The translations under genes and the position numbers were made by a program. The notes beneath the pieces were generated by a model. That model did no database searches, was not told the DNA's origin, and saw only the letters and a program-made list of their open reading frames with translations. From positions 9,610,001 to 9,674,000 of the forward strand of contig JAGIQG010000014.1 of assembly GCA_024679065.1 (NCBI GenBank): 64,000 bases of DNA, given 5' to 3'. Below, piece by piece: positions 1-13,169 of this stretch (position 1 is the first letter of the stretch; every line of letters starts with the position of its first letter). The stretch is from Sphyrna mokarran. Lineage: Eukaryota.

Positions 1-74
1 ACTTTAGCTGATGTATCAGCACTGTTGAATGTTGAACACATTTGGAAGCGGCACAAAGGTGGCACTCACATGAC

Positions 75-265
75 AATTACTGTACGGGGTTAGATAATGA
101 ATAATAATCCTTTTACAGTGCCCCATCGAACTATCCTTGGACTGTGTTAGCACCGAATTAGACATGGAGTGAAACTCCCTGACTCATTTCTCACTTAAGC
201 CTTCACAGGGCAGGTGCAGTACGAGTTTCAGATGCAGATTATATCGTTATCTACATCAGCCAGTC
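75..265 (+). repeat. Degenerate ~70-bp tandem repeat (about 3 units)
   Basis: Recurring 'acg(g/a)g(g/t)ttaga(t/c)a...a...ccct...ac...' units. Resembles a satellite I recall from shark genomes; not searched. Confidence 0.4.
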
Positions 266-1667
266 CCAGTCCAGTTTCATGGAAGGATCGTTTGGTATGT
301 GTGGATTATCAGGAGTAAGTTGTTGTGCTTTAACTCTCCATTTTATGAGGGATAAATTACTTTATTTAGGATTCAGATCGATCCATTTTCCAGGCAGTAA
401 CACGCAGATTAATTTCTTTGGATGGAGGGTGGGCTTGAATCATTCAATTTTTCAAATGTTTGACCTATTTTAAATTGGATAGTATATTATATGTTGTGGT
501 GATGTTGATTTAAGAGGAAGTAACCCTGCTTCGGAAATCGCACCTTGAGTTTCTCTCATCACTCATCCCAAGCTCAGGCCTAACGTTGCAGGAGAAGGAA
601 GGACAACATGTGGACAACATATCTTCTGTACTGACGGCATCAAGCCATTGAGATAACACACTACAACACAAGTGCCTAAGTATAAAACCACCTTCATTTA
701 CAATGAGTTCTGTAATATGGTTATCGACTTGGAAACTCACACTCTTATGTGTAGGTGGTGAGGTTACCAGAAAGCCCGGCTGCCAAAGTCAAGGAGAATT
801 ACAGTTACACCCAATCCCTCCTTTCTTGTTTCGTGACCAGGCATCATCTCCACACTCCGATGTCCCTTTCTCACCTTCGCAATGAAGAAAATGGGAGAAG
901 AAAGTGGGCGTATTTGTATTTAATTATATTTGAAATGTTGACGTTCAGAAAATCATGTGGTTTGAGAAGGGAAGCCTGGGCTATGTTTGTAACAGTCACA
1001 GTACTGCAGTCGCGACATTAGTATTTGAGTATCTCGTTGGTGAACAGGTTTACTCTTGGTGCCTAAGAAAGAACATATACTTAAGACAAGATATAAGCAA
1101 GGTTCAATAGATTGATTCTAAAGAACAATATATTATCTTTTGCAGACAGTTTGAGTAACTTGGCTTAAATGACCCTGCAGGTAGGAAAGTAAGGAGGTGA
1201 TCTAATTACTTGAAAGTTTCAACCAGATAGATGCTGAGAAACAGTATTTCCAATGTATTTATAGGGCTTGCTGTGGCTTGCAAGACAAACATCTATAGGT
1301 CAATTCTATTTGTCCCGGCTTTATGGTCTAGAACACGGTTTCTGTCGGAGGCCAGGCACTTGAGACAGTGATAGTGAGAAATTATGTCGTTCAGATGATT
1401 GTGAATCTTGGACAGTCTCAATTCCCGAGAGATTCGGGGTGCTCAGCCATTGATCAGATTTATGAACTAAGTCTACTAAAATTTGGTTATTGGAGGACTG
1501 GTAGGATATTAAATGAGATTGCATTACAAACTTGAGATATTGTTAAACACTGAATCTATTCAATGGCAGAATCTAGTAAAGGGGGTGGAATTAACAACTC
1601 ATATTCTTAATTGCTACAATAAGGAAATAAATGGAGGACTTCACTTTCAGGAATGAGCACTTGACAA

Positions 1668-1800
1668 GGAACATAGGAACATAATAACAATGAGTAGGTA
1701 TAGGCCATCTGATCTATTGAGCCAGCTGAATCATTCAATAGGATCATGGCTAACCTTTGTAAACCCATTTCCACTTACCCAGCCACTTACCATAACCGTT
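1668..1800 (-). mobile_element. Old CR1 LINE 3' tail fragment
   Basis: 'aggaacataggaac...gagtaggtataggccatc...gagccagctgaatcattcaataggatcatggct' is the reverse complement of a CR1-type 3' end; the same motif occurs at 63870-64000. Confidence 0.6.
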
Positions 1801-1825
1801 AGAGTCTTCATCTGACATTGGGGCA

Positions 1826-1932
1826 AACTAGTATGTTTACTATCAAATAAACTTGTTGGACTTTAACCTGGTGTTGTGAGAATTCTTACTGTGTTTACGC
1901 CAATCCAACGCCGGCATCTCCACATCATGACT
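1826..1932 (+). mobile_element. Penelope-like terminal fragment (~100 bp)
   Basis: 'caaataaacttgttggactttaacctggtgttgtgagaattcttactgtgtttacgccaatccaacgccggcatctccacatcatg' matches the terminus of the Penelope element at 24186-25570. Confidence 0.75.
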
Positions 1933-2240
1933 CTGATATGAACCAGTACTAATTTATTTAACAGTGAACACGTTAACCAACCTACTAACAAACAGAATAA
2001 ACATGATTCTAATAGAATGTTCTTTTGTTACATCTAATGCCTACTAATTCACAAAAAAGAAATAGAAATTTAGTCATTCTAAATTAGAGCCAGGTTTGGC
2101 AGCTTCCAGCATATTCTAGGTTTTCTCAGTTGATTTGTCTGTCTGGAACTTATTTATTCTTTGCTACTTTCGCTTTAGAGATAAAGTTTTGCCTTAAGAC
2201 ATGAATGAGACTGTGATTCTGGCAAATGGCAACTGTTTTA

Positions 2241-2937
2241 ACATAGAACATAGAACAATACAGCACAGAACAGGCCCTTCGGCCTTCGATGTTGTGCCGA
2301 CCAAAATAAAAAGCAGTGCCCCTCCTAACTAAACCATTCCCTTCTCATCCATATACTTATCAACTAACCTCTTAAACGCCACCAAACTTGGCGCATCTAC
2401 AACAGCTGCAGGCAGGGCATTCCACTCCCTAATCACTCTTTGAGTAAAGAACCTACCTCTGATATCCGTCCTATAACTCATACCCCTTAATTTAAAGCTG
2501 TGTCCCCTCGTGCTAGCTTTCTCCATCCTAGGAAAAAGGCTATCACTGTCCACCCTATCCAAACCTCTAATTATCTTATATGCTTCAATAAGATCCCCCC
2601 TTAGCCGCCTCCTTTCTAACGAAAACAACCTCAAATCCTTCAACCTCTCTTCATAGGACCTGCCCTCCATACCAGGCAACATCCTAGTAAACCTCCTCTG
2701 TACCCTCTCCAATGCCTCCACATCTTTCTTATAATGTGGCGACCAGAACTGCACACAATACTCCAAGTGCGGCCGCACTAGAGTTTTGTACAGCTGCAAC
2801 ATGATGCTGCGGCTCCTAAATTCAATCCCCCTACCAATAAAAGCTAAGACTCCATAAGCCTTCTTAACAACTTTATCCACTTGACTGCCTACTTTCAGGG
2901 ATCTATTGACACATACACCAAGATCCTTCTGTTCCTT
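2241..2937 (-). mobile_element. Young CR1 LINE, 5'-truncated (RT C-terminus + 3' UTR + (TTCTATG)n tail)
   Basis: ORF 2329-2880 (LYKTLVRPHLEYCVQFWSP...RFFTQRV) is the CR1 ORF2 C-terminus; the tail reads 'aacatagaacatagaac' on +. Confidence 0.95.
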
Positions 2938-3244
2938 TTATTTGCTTATTATCTCACTGTCTCCTTCTTTTATATCTATGATCCCATATCAATCACCCCA
3001 CAATATGATTAGTCACCCCGCTGTCAAAACCATGCAATTTAAATCGAATATGTTGCTGGAATTCAACTTCAGATTTAAATTAATTGGTTGAATTTGCAAA
3101 AAAAAAGCAGAAAGCAGACAGCACTGCTGCTTGCCCTTCAGATACAAATGTTTCATTTTGGGCACTATATGTAGTTACATTATTTGGTTTTCCAAGCACA
3201 GGTAAAAAACGTCACTTTACAAACACCAACTTCATAACCTTATC

Positions 3245-3540
3245 TTAAACAGTAGTGTCTCTAACATATCTACAATTGTGTTAACTATTTGATACAACTA
3301 TCATCAGCAGCGCCTTTAAGTTAATTTTAATTGTATCGACTACATCTGATATTATTATCTTCAGAATAATGTGTCAAATTTAGTTTGAATTTTGTTGACT
3401 GTATTTGCTGTTACTGTCTCAAACAATACGATCTGTAATTTAATTTCATTATGTTGACTGTAGCTGACATTACTACCATCACAATAGTGTTTCTAAAATA
3501 TATTAAATTTTGTTGACTGCACCTCATTATTCCACCTATT
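3245..3540 (+). repeat. Degenerate minisatellite, ~56-60-bp unit, about 5 copies
   Basis: The 'tt(g/a)act' core recurs near 3281, 3336, 3395, 3454 and 3514, with similar flanks ('attact..c.tca.caata'). Confidence 0.65.
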
Positions 3541-3989
3541 TCCAACTTTCGAGATGCTGATCATTCCGTCATTTTATAGTGATAGTGCAATATTACAGAA
3601 ATTGGGCTATACTATCGTTAGTGCTGGCGGATCTGCAGCAACATTATTCAAGGTTTGGATGGGGAAGATTTTTCCAACAGAGAACTGTTCAAGGTTTACT
3701 CCTGACATTATCCAATCAATGTCACCAGGTTTGATATTCGGTTTCCTCAGCCCGTCGCAACTGTGGCAATTTGGATATCCCTGGGTATGTAGGAGCATAT
3801 CAAAGGACTGTGCATTTTTAAAGATAATTCATTTATTCCCTCCACCCACTACCTCGCTCCCCCCCGCCACCCCCCGCGCCTTCCCGTCCCGCTCCCCCAT
3901 GCAGTTTCTGAAGGAAGAAGGGCTGCCGTGTTGGCAATTCAAATAGATTCGTCACACTCCAAATGAGTGAAATGCCACTATTGTCCTAA

Positions 3990-4800
3990 TCTTCTGCGGT
4001 TTTTTTTAAAGCCTGGGTATTTTAGCATTTCGAAGAATCACGTTGCTCAGGTTGATGTGAATGCCATTTTAGGGATTTGCCAGGCAGGCAATGATAAAAC
4101 GCTTGAATGCGCTGCTCTTGGCTTCCATCACTTCAATAATGATCGAGAGTGGACTGACTGGGTGGGAATTTGCCGGATGTGATTTTTGTGTGTTTCTTTT
4201 GCACAAGATATCCCTGCATAATTTTCCACATTGCCGAACTAAATGTCAGGTTGCTGGCGAGGGACACCGGCAAATTCTGGAGCATTCGTTTGTCATACAT
4301 TGTCAGAGGCCATCAAAATTTTTTTCCCACCCAAAGTAATCCTTTTTTCCCTTTCTTTCAGGGTTATTTCCTCTTATCAATGGCAGTGAATGGGTAAAGG
4401 ACTGACATACGTGATCCCGTATGTCATCCAGACTGACATCCAGAGGAGGCGGAAATGGGCAAGCCACACTGCACTTAGAGGGGATCAGGCTGATGGATTT
4501 TTTGAGCATTTTTTTCAATGTCTTATCACTGAAGTGCTGGGTCCCTCCTTCATTGACAATATAAATCTTTATGGGGCTTCCTCCTCAAGGTGTGATCCAA
4601 ATGTCTAACACTATTCCGGGTTGGATATGCCAGGTCTCCTGTGCTTATATGTGATCCCTTTTGTTATTGAAGTACTTAATTCTCTCCATTACTTGTTGCT
4701 AATGTTACTTAGAATTGAAGGAATTCCTATGTTGTAACTTCACCAGGTTTCCTTTCTCTTTTTTTGTATGTGGTGCGTTGATTTGGTCTCGCTATGCACT
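3990..4800 (-). mobile_element. Old CR1/L2-group LINE ORF2 fragment
   Basis: 'ttccatcacttcaataatgatcgagagtggactgactgggtgggaatttgccgg...aattttccacattgcc' is antisense to a decayed W.....PV.K....P.NYRPISLLS RT-entry motif. Confidence 0.6.
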
Positions 4801-5689
4801 TCTGCGCGCTTCTTGGGCTGTATTAGTTGGATTGCATCATCAGTTTGATGTGTATTAGTTCAAATTGTTTTAATTAGTTTGAATTGATCGATGAGCTTCA
4901 GTCCCCCTGCCAGGTGAGTTCTACTGAATATGAGGTGTTCCACGTGTTTGTGTTGCGGCAACGGTTTGGCTGTTGCATTGGTTTGAGTTGTTTCATCAGT
5001 ATTATCAGTATTATTATTTTGTTGCTGTATAAGTTTGCAGCATTGTATTCTTTTGAGTTAATTTATTAGTTTGAGCTTTTGAATTAGATTGAGGAGCTGT
5101 ATTAGTTGAGTTACTGCATTATTTCTAATAGTTGGAATTTTCATGTATTGCAATAGTTTGAGGAAATATTTAGACTCAAACAAGCTGCGATACTGAACGA
5201 CTATTGAGATTATGTGTACAGTAATAATATGTAATTGTGCAGTCGACTGTGATGTATATATCTAAACAAATTTCGCACTGTTTGAAAATACTGACCCCAG
5301 TTTAATTGGACATTTATAAGGCAGAGTATGGCACAGCAACCCTAACAGGACACCCCCATATTTCGAGCGCAATAGCTGAATAAAAACAGCAGAGTGAAGG
5401 AAGGCAGGGCGACATTATTGCATTAAACAACAACCTATTGGTATGTGTGACTGCAAAACTGCAGCGGAAAGAATACAGCTTCTGTTGTTCATCAATTCAT
5501 TACTGTCAGCGGAATTGTACAGTTCTTTCGGATGTTCAATCTAGTCTCCACGATAATGATGTTATTTCGGTTCGTATTTTCTGTGTCGAGATACCTGCTT
5601 TGTCATTTAATAAAAAAACAATGTTGCAAAATTTATGAGTTCCGCAGCGATCCCACTGGCTAGAAATTAAAAGCTCTTCCACTGTAGCG

Positions 5690-5920
5690 CCTCAAAGTTT
5701 ATTTCAGGAAGGTGGTTTGCTTCAGGCAGAGATGTTTGAATGACATGGGGAGACCAAGGCTTTTTGTTATTGATCTGGACAGCTAAAAAGCTGAAGATCT
5801 CGACCCTTTCTACTTCGCCCCCGTTGATGAAGACAAGGACATGTTCTCCCCTGAGTTTTGTGACCTTCGTTTTGTTTACATTGAGTCAGAGATTACTGAC
5901 ACTGCACCAGTTCACGTAGG
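5690..5920 (-). mobile_element. Rex1/Babar-like LINE RT fragment
   Basis: The antisense strand reads W C ..N.L.LNVNKTK ('ttcgttttgtttacattgagtcagagattactgacactgcacca'). Confidence 0.55.
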
Positions 5921-8029
5921 CGCTAAGAGAAAGGGAAATTAAGTGATTTATATACCTTAGAAGAGCAAATTCCCTGCATAAGTTAAATGAAATTAAATCC
6001 TAGAAAAAAGGAAGAGCAAGCAGCGGTCTTTGTCCGAAAGTTTTAAAATATTTAGTTGTATAAATATTAGTTATGATGTGCATAATTTTCAAAATTTCCA
6101 TAGATTGTGGCACACACCAACAAATTGGAAGATAATCACTGTATCAATACCAAAACGAAGGGAATGAGAAAAGAATCGGAAATTGCAGGCAGTTGGCCTG
6201 ATATCGGCACCCGAAAAGTCCCGGAGCATATAATTACCGTAATATTCAAAATTCACAGAATAAAATCAAAGTATGACCAGACAAAGTCAACATGGAAAGG
6301 AACAGTGATGGAAAATAACGTTTATCAAATTAACGACAATCGTTTTGGGGATGTAGGCAACAAGGTAAATAATGATCATGCACGAGACGAACTTCTTTAA
6401 GGACTGGTAGCAGAGCCACTTCCTGGCGGTTGTCATTGCTAACCAATTAAATTGACTATCAATATAACGAATGCTGCTGCAAGAGTGAGTCCTTGGTTTT
6501 ATTTTAATTCCATAAATTGTGTAATGCAGACTTGTTTAATTCAGAGCCGATTGCATTTCCTGCTTTGGTAATTCACCCTGCCTGTCCCTCACAGTCAGAC
6601 CGGCAGCCTCTCTTTGGCTTTATTTCACAGAATATTCATTCGCTTTTTGCCTGTGGTATTTAATGTGAAAAACGGGGATTTCAGTGCTTTTAAGATTGCA
6701 TTGATTTCGGGGCGACATAGAAGCTGAAATTTGAGTGGAAAGATACAAAGAAACAGAGATGGATTTCATGAGTTGAGTAGTAATTTCAAATGGATTTCGT
6801 GAGAAGTAAATCATTTCAAATGGATTTGGTTACAATTATCAGCAGACAGCGCCCTCACTAACTTATCGGGAATTGGAGATCAGCAACACAATAAATGTGA
6901 CACCCCACACTATTCACGGCCTCTTCTTCCCTCGCAGTGAAACCAGTGCAAGAAATGATTCATACGAATGAGTTCAAGAACAACCAACATCTTGCAAGGA
7001 TTAATCTCGTTTTATTTAAAGAGGATCCCTCAACTCAACTGTTTTAGTTTTTTTGCACCATCTCAGCTTATGATTAAAAGGAAATATGAAGAATAGACAC
7101 ATTTATAAAGTTGAACATTGGTTACAAATTTGACCACCTTCTCCTCCCGTTGTAAATTTAGAAGTTCACTCAAACTGGAAGTGAATGTCATTAGCTCTAG
7201 CGTCGTTAGCGCTAACACTTCTAAGGAAACAAAGTCATCCCGAGTTAAAGTATTATGGCAAATTCCTACTGAAGAAACGCGGTCACTTTCCGTGTAAGCA
7301 GAAAACAATAAAATACAGGAATTTATGAGAAAGGACTGTATGTGTAGGGTTTCCCACTCTTACAAGAAAAATAGGACCACCGCAAATGCGATTCATGATT
7401 GCACTAGTTCCAACGCACCGGTGCCCTCTTAAGGGTAAGTGTAGTGCTTGCTCGTGTTGTCCGAAAACAGTCACCACCAGTGTAAACATAGGAGTCAGGA
7501 ATCCTGAAGGTCATGGTCGAAGTCAGTTCCAGTGCTACGTGACTGTAGCAGCGCGGGATAGTGGGCATCCTTGTTATTACTGATGGGGCCCAGTTAGCGT
7601 AATACATTCTAGGAAGTGTGTCCTTCATTTGTTGCTATATTTGATTTGCTGCCCGATCTGGAGTAATCGGCTGGGAATGGTGCTTTGCTTCAACCACTCT
7701 GTCGGAATACTGAGAGATTTCGAATTTTAAACGTTCTCAGAGAGGAACATTGTGTGACGGTAAGGTGAATTATATTGTACTTGTTTGTAATTGTTCATTC
7801 TGAGAAGTCTTTCGCCTTGGAAGTATTGCCTGACCTGGAACTTGTATTGTAATTCCCCAAATTGAATTTCAATACACTGTGGTTATACAAAAGCCTGATT
7901 ACACTCCACATGTAGTAGTGTGAGAAGATAGGGGCAACACACATTAGGAAGGATATAATGGTTTGGGACGAATGCAGCGTAGGTACAGAAAAAGAATACT
8001 TGGACTTCAAGGGTTGAGTAAGAGATTAT

Positions 8030-8490
8030 ACAGTTTGGACCTGCTTTCTCTAGAATTTGGAAATGTAAAGGGTGACCTGATCGAAGTAAATAAGATAGTA
8101 ATGGAAAAAAGACATAGTATTCCCACAGTTTGGAGACTTTAGAACTGGGCGGCAAAGACTGAAATGCAGGGTCAAGCCTTTCAGGAAAGATTCAAGAAAG
8201 GAAGTATTTCTGTGCACAAAGGTTGGTAGTGGTTGGAACTCTAACTCAAAAATGACAACTTTTACAAGTTCATATAGACAGAGAGAGAGAGAGAGACAAA
8301 GACAGGTGCAGGCCTTTAGGCCACCTATCAGCCATGATCTCATTAGATAACAAGAACAGGAATCAAAAAAATTACAGCACAGGGACAGGTCCTTCGCCCC
8401 TCCAAGCCTGCACCGACCGTAGCTCAATCCATCAGCAGAAACGGCTTGATGGACTGAATGGCCTATTGTTGTTCCTATGTTCAGATGTTA
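8030..8490 (+). mobile_element. Old CR1 3' end with microsatellite and small nested tail
   Basis: 'gggtgacctgatcgaagta...ttggaactct...agccatgatctcatt...ggactgaatggcctattgttgttcctatgttc'. Confidence 0.65.
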
Positions 8491-8935
8491 CTATGATTGA
8501 TGCACTCAAGAACGGACCAGACTGTATGAAAAAAATCCAAATATTATGGCACCATCTGTACTTTTCATGTTACAGTGCTTCACAGGGTACTTCTACAAAT
8601 GGTATGAATGAAGTACATTTGCTGAAAAGATGTGCAATGTTTACAATACAATGACAAGTTTAACTTCTACTCTTAATCTAACAAAAGAGCATAAAATCAA
8701 TATCTCATTGGCTTTGATATTTAAATGTGCAATAAAAATGTTAATGTGTTCTCTTAATCAAACACAACAAGATAAGCAATTGCATATATCTGTTTGCTAA
8801 ATGGCCGCAAGTAATGATAATGACGACGTCAGCTAATTGGCTGTCTGGAGAATTGATGTTAATATAACTTAGAGTCCTCAGTAACAGGCAAATGCAGCAC
8901 TTTCAACAGATACTTTGTTCATCAATTTTCAGAAG

Positions 8936-9005
8936 ATGGGAAAACCTACTATTTTGTCGATAAAAGAGATTTACTACCCTCTTATAGCAGCTATTGGTGT
9001 CCCTG
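8936..9005 (+). CDS. GPR139-like class A GPCR paralogue A, coding exon 1 (MGKPTILSIKEIYYPLIAAIGVP-G)
   Basis: ATG at 8936, 70 nt open, GT donor (G|gtgagc) at 9006. The peptide matches TM1 start YY...GxP, and the phase-1 intron joins the exon 2 frame. Not in the ORF track. Confidence 0.88.
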
Positions 9006-9138
9006 GTGAGCCATTGTAAATTGTTTTTAATTAGGTTCTGCTCTCTGATTTTTTTTTTGTAACCTTTTGGATGAATTAATTCTTCATATCTCTTAACCAG
9101 ATGCTGGGTTACCATCTAATTTTCTTTCTTTCTTTCAG

Positions 9139-10070
9139 CAAACCTGGTGACCATTGTGATTTTTTGCCGAGGAAAATGTGGCCTTTCCAATTGTATCGCT
9201 TTAATCATGTTTGCCATGGCGATAACAGACCTATCGGTCATGATTATCAATGTGATGATGTATCACATATTCAGTTATCATTTTACACTTTCATTTTTGC
9301 ATTTCACTCCCGTGTGCAAATCTCTGCTGTACATGACAGCTGTCGCACTCGATTTGTCTGTTTGGTTTACTGTCCTATTTACATTTGACCGATTTGCAGT
9401 TATTTGTTGCCAGAGGTTCAAAGCAAAACATTGCACGGTGAGAACTGTGGTTGCTGTTATAACAATATTATCCGTTTTGATCTTTTTAAAGGATATCCCA
9501 TTTTTCGTTGAACATGACCATCAGCAAATACTTAACAATGTGCGGTGGGGTTGCCAGCCAAATGTGACATTTTTGTCATCACCTCGGGGTAGAGCGTTTT
9601 TCTGGTCTCACATATTTTCACTTGTTTGGCTCCCCTTCACTTTAATTGTCTTGTTTAATTCATTGACGATTAGACGTATTGTATTGACAAGCAGAGCCCG
9701 AAGGAAACTCGGGTCTCACAAAACTAAGAAAAACGCTGACCCAGAGATAGAGAAGAGGAGAAACTCAATCATCTTACTCTTTGCTGTGTCAGGCAGTTTT
9801 TTAATGCTGTGGTTGCCATCTATCATTAGTGTTATAATTTCTGGAGTGGTAACTGTCAATTCTTACCAGGGTGACCGCACAAACCTTAAATATATGGCCA
9901 CGGAAATTGGAATAATGTTGAAGTTTTTGAGTTCCTGTCCAAATACGTGTATTTATGCAGTGACTCAGAGGAAGTTCCGAGAGGAGCTGAAAAAATTGTT
10001 TAAATTTCCCTTTGCTTCGATTATGCGGTTTGATAATGATGAAGGAGGTACAACTTCCAGCTCCAGGTGA
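9139..10070 (+). CDS. GPR139-like class A GPCR paralogue A, exon 2 (TM1-TM7 and C-tail); spliced product 333 aa, apparently intact
   Basis: Polypyrimidine tract + AG at 9137-9138 (133-bp intron). ANLVTIVIFCRGKCGLS, MAITDL (TM2), TPVC, FTFDRF (DRY variant), WGC (ECL2), WLP, NTCIY (NPxxY variant), helix-8 KFREE. Family assignment from motif recognition; it is a paralogue, not shown to be the GPR139 orthologue. Confidence 0.9.
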
Positions 10071-10234
10071 GACTTTCGAATTGACGTGAGCAAATATGCC
10101 AGCTTAGATTGAATCTCTGTCTCTTATTTTAGCTATATGAAACTCTTTCACGTAAAGAGTTATGATTCTGTATTCAAATTCAACTTGTGTTCGCCAACAT
10201 GATTATTGAATAAGGGTTTTCACATTTCCTTTTG

Positions 10235-10240
10235 AATAAA
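10235..10240 (+). terminator. Candidate polyadenylation signal for GPCR A
   Basis: AATAAA ~165 nt after the stop codon. Confidence 0.4.
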
Positions 10241-10729
10241 AGCTGCAGCTATATAAATACATTACACATTAAAAGTTAAACGTGCTGGTAGTGAAGTAAT
10301 AACATAATGGGGTATTAAATCACAACTATTTGGTAGTGAACAAAGTGAACTGAGATTTAATTTTAACATGTAATTGCTGGGATGTGATTAATGCACCACA
10401 TCTGAAGGAAGTGAGGTTTGAAATAGTATAACAAATGAGCCAGACTTTGCATCTGCCTCGTAGTCTCAACGGTTGTGATAGGTTAAATGGAGGATCAGAA
10501 ATGTAATGTATTTTCTCAACCAATGGTATCAAGATAAATGCAGGAACTATGGACATGATAGATAAAGCTCAGTATTAGAAATATTTTAGAATCAATCACT
10601 CAGAATAGAATTGGCAATATGAATCTTAATTATGGAAAGCCAACATGCATTTGTTAATGAACAAGCAAAATAAAATTCATTGCATAAGCATTGTTTTAAT
10701 ATGTAACGGAGGGTACGTTTGGGTTGTGA

Positions 10730-11085
10730 GAAGGTAGTGGAGTAGTGATATTGTCGCTAGACTGGAATACGAGATCCAGGGTAATGCTATTTGCACTCAG
10801 ATTCGATTCAAATAACGGAAGATGGTGGAAGTTGAATACAGTACGAACCTGGAATTTAAAATCTCACGATCACCACAAAACTGGAGTCAGTTATTGTAAA
10901 AGGCCAATCTGGTTCACTAACGTCCTTTAGGGAAGAAAACCTGCCTGTCCTTACCTGTCATAGCCTGCATGAGACTACAAACCCACAATGCAATTGATTT
11001 TCAAATTTCCGCAGAAACGAAGGGAAAAGGGCACTGAAGGTAGGTTCCAACCAGCAATGTTCATGTGCCTTGCAACGAAAAAATA
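10730..11085 (+). mobile_element. Old tRNA-derived SINE (SacSINE1-like)
   Basis: Decayed A/B-box head 'ggtagtggagtagtg...gattcgattc', then 'ctggttcactaacgtcctttagggaagaaaacctgcc'. Family name from memory. Confidence 0.5.
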
Positions 11086-12790
11086 AAATGGAAAGTGGTT
11101 GATCTGGTTTGTATGAAATTTCAAATAGGATTTAGTACTATTTTCCACAATAAGCTTGCAAGAAAGGTTGAGTCAGTGGGAAAAAAAATGGCCAGAATCA
11201 ACATGGGTAAGAAATTAGCTCACTGTTAGCAAAACGTTGGTTCAGAATTTGTAGTTAAAAGTGATATTCAGACTGAAGGAAGGTTTATTTGGTGTTCCTC
11301 GGGATAAATGCTAAAAACCTTGCTCTTCCTCACAGTTCTTATCACAATTAATAACTGGTCTTGAACAAATATCCTTTGGGCAAAGCTGTGCAAGAGAACG
11401 TAGGCAAATTGAATTTAATCATGAAAGGTGTGGGGTGTTGTATTTTTTGGAGGACGAATAGGAAAGGGAGTACACAAAGAATATGCCAGGATGTGCAGAG
11501 TACCAGAGGGAGCAGAGGATATTGGCGGCATATCTAAAGATCCCCGAAGTCAGCAGAACAGGTAGATAAGTGTTAGGAAAGACATATTGGATACCTTCCT
11601 TCATTTGTAGAGGCGTAGGTTACATTAGCAGGAAGGTCAAAATGGGGTTACAGATTATTATCTAAATGGCTGGCAAAGTGCGACGAGACATGCTTTTCAC
11701 CATTAAGTAAGTCGCAGCAAGTAAGTATGCAATTGCAGCAGACGGAAAAGTGTCATGTGGTATGTTGGCCTTTATAAGTAGAGGGTTGGAGTGCAGGAGC
11801 AGGGATGCCTTGTAGCAAACAAACAAGGTTTTGCGGTGATCACACCAATACTGTGGGTAGTTTTGGTCTTATCTGAGGAAGGATATTCTTGCTGTAGAGA
11901 AATTCAGATAGTAGTTGCCCGACCGATTTCTGGGAATGTGGGACTGACGAATGAGGAGGGATTGAGTGGATTAGGATTATGTTAGCTGAATTTAGAACAA
12001 TGAACAGGGGACTTCATGGAACTCTATAAAATTCCAACAAGAAGAGAGAGCCTGAAAGGAGGAAGGATGCCCAAGTGTTGGGTGTATCCAGAACAGTGCT
12101 TATCAAAGAACAAAGAACTAATCAACACAGGAAATAGGCCCTTCGGCCCAACGAGCCCACGCCGCCACCCCGAGGTTCCCATCTCTACCCGCGATCCCTG
12201 TCCATGTTTATATATCTATGGAATTAAAAACCAAATTTGAGATAATTTAGGGAGAATTTGTTTTGCCAATGAGCCTAAGAGCACATCTTTGGAATGTGGG
12301 AGGAAACCGGAGCTCCCGGAGAAAACCCACACAAGTACGGGGAGAATGCTCAAGCTCCCACAGACACAAGCCCAAATCCATGTATCTGCACAGCACAGCG
12401 ATACTCACTGAGCTGTCGTGTTGCCCATCAGAAGGTCAAGGTGAAGCATACACTAACAACGTGAAGCAGTAGGATACTCTCGAAAAAGATCCAAGAGCAG
12501 TTCTCTCACGACGCATATGGAGTAAATCATTTTGGGACTGGAATGAGAAGAAATGTCTTCACTCGAGACATGTGAACCTAAGGGGACCACAACCATAGAA
12601 CGCAGCTGAGGCCGAAGTATGACATATTTTCAAGGCTAAGTTAAACCTAACTCTTGGAACATAAGAGATCGGGGGAAATGGGGGGCTGGAGTTGGACGGG
12701 ATTAGGATATTGATTTGGATGATCAGCCATGATCAAAATGAACGGTGGAAAAAAAAAGATCTAAATGTCAAATGGCCTATTCCAGCTCCT
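11086..12790 (+). mobile_element. Old fragmented CR1 copies (host of the insertion at 12105-12516)
   Basis: Decayed RT motifs ('gtggttgatctggtttgtatgaaatttcaa', 'ggtatgttggcctttataagtagaggg') and a CR1 tail at 12715-12790. Confidence 0.65.
12105..12516 (-). mobile_element. CR1-3'UTR/HE1-SINE chimera, copy 1 (5'-truncated)
   Basis: Near-identical to 32000-32530 and 55813-56347. Confidence 0.85.
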
Positions 12791-13169
12791 ATTTTTAATA
12801 TACCCTCGGTAGCTCACAGCAGAATACTGGGCACAGTTCTGGTCGCCATATTATGTGAATGATTTGATTGTGCTCGAAAGGGTATGAAAGAAAAAGATTC
12901 ACCAGAATTGTGCTAGGGCTTCAGGATTGCAGCTATGCAGAGAGCCTAGTTCAGCTGTTCTTTGTTTTTTTTTGCCTTTGAACAATGAATGATAATACCA
13001 TCAAGAGCTTCAAGGGTTCAAATCATCAATAATCTGTTCCCTTCACGCTGACGATATTGTTAAAAAGCCATCAACGTCTCTACTTTCTGGGGAAGATGAG
13101 AAATTTGGCATGTCCACAATGACTTTCACCAATTTTAGAGATGCAGCTTTGAAATCATGCTTTCAGACC

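Noticed and set aside
3245-3540. CRISPR-like periodicity in the tandem repeats (also 26630, 57790)
   Set aside because: The DNA is eukaryotic, whole units are diverged copies rather than constant repeats with unique spacers, and there are no cas genes.
8936-10070. Assigning the symbol GPR139
   Set aside because: The motifs indicate a related paralogue family; orthology cannot be shown without phylogeny and synteny.
12263-12472. Near-identical ~69-aa peptides in three places (also 32155, 55996) suggesting a small gene family
   Set aside because: They are antisense translations of the SINE-containing repeat with non-ATG starts.
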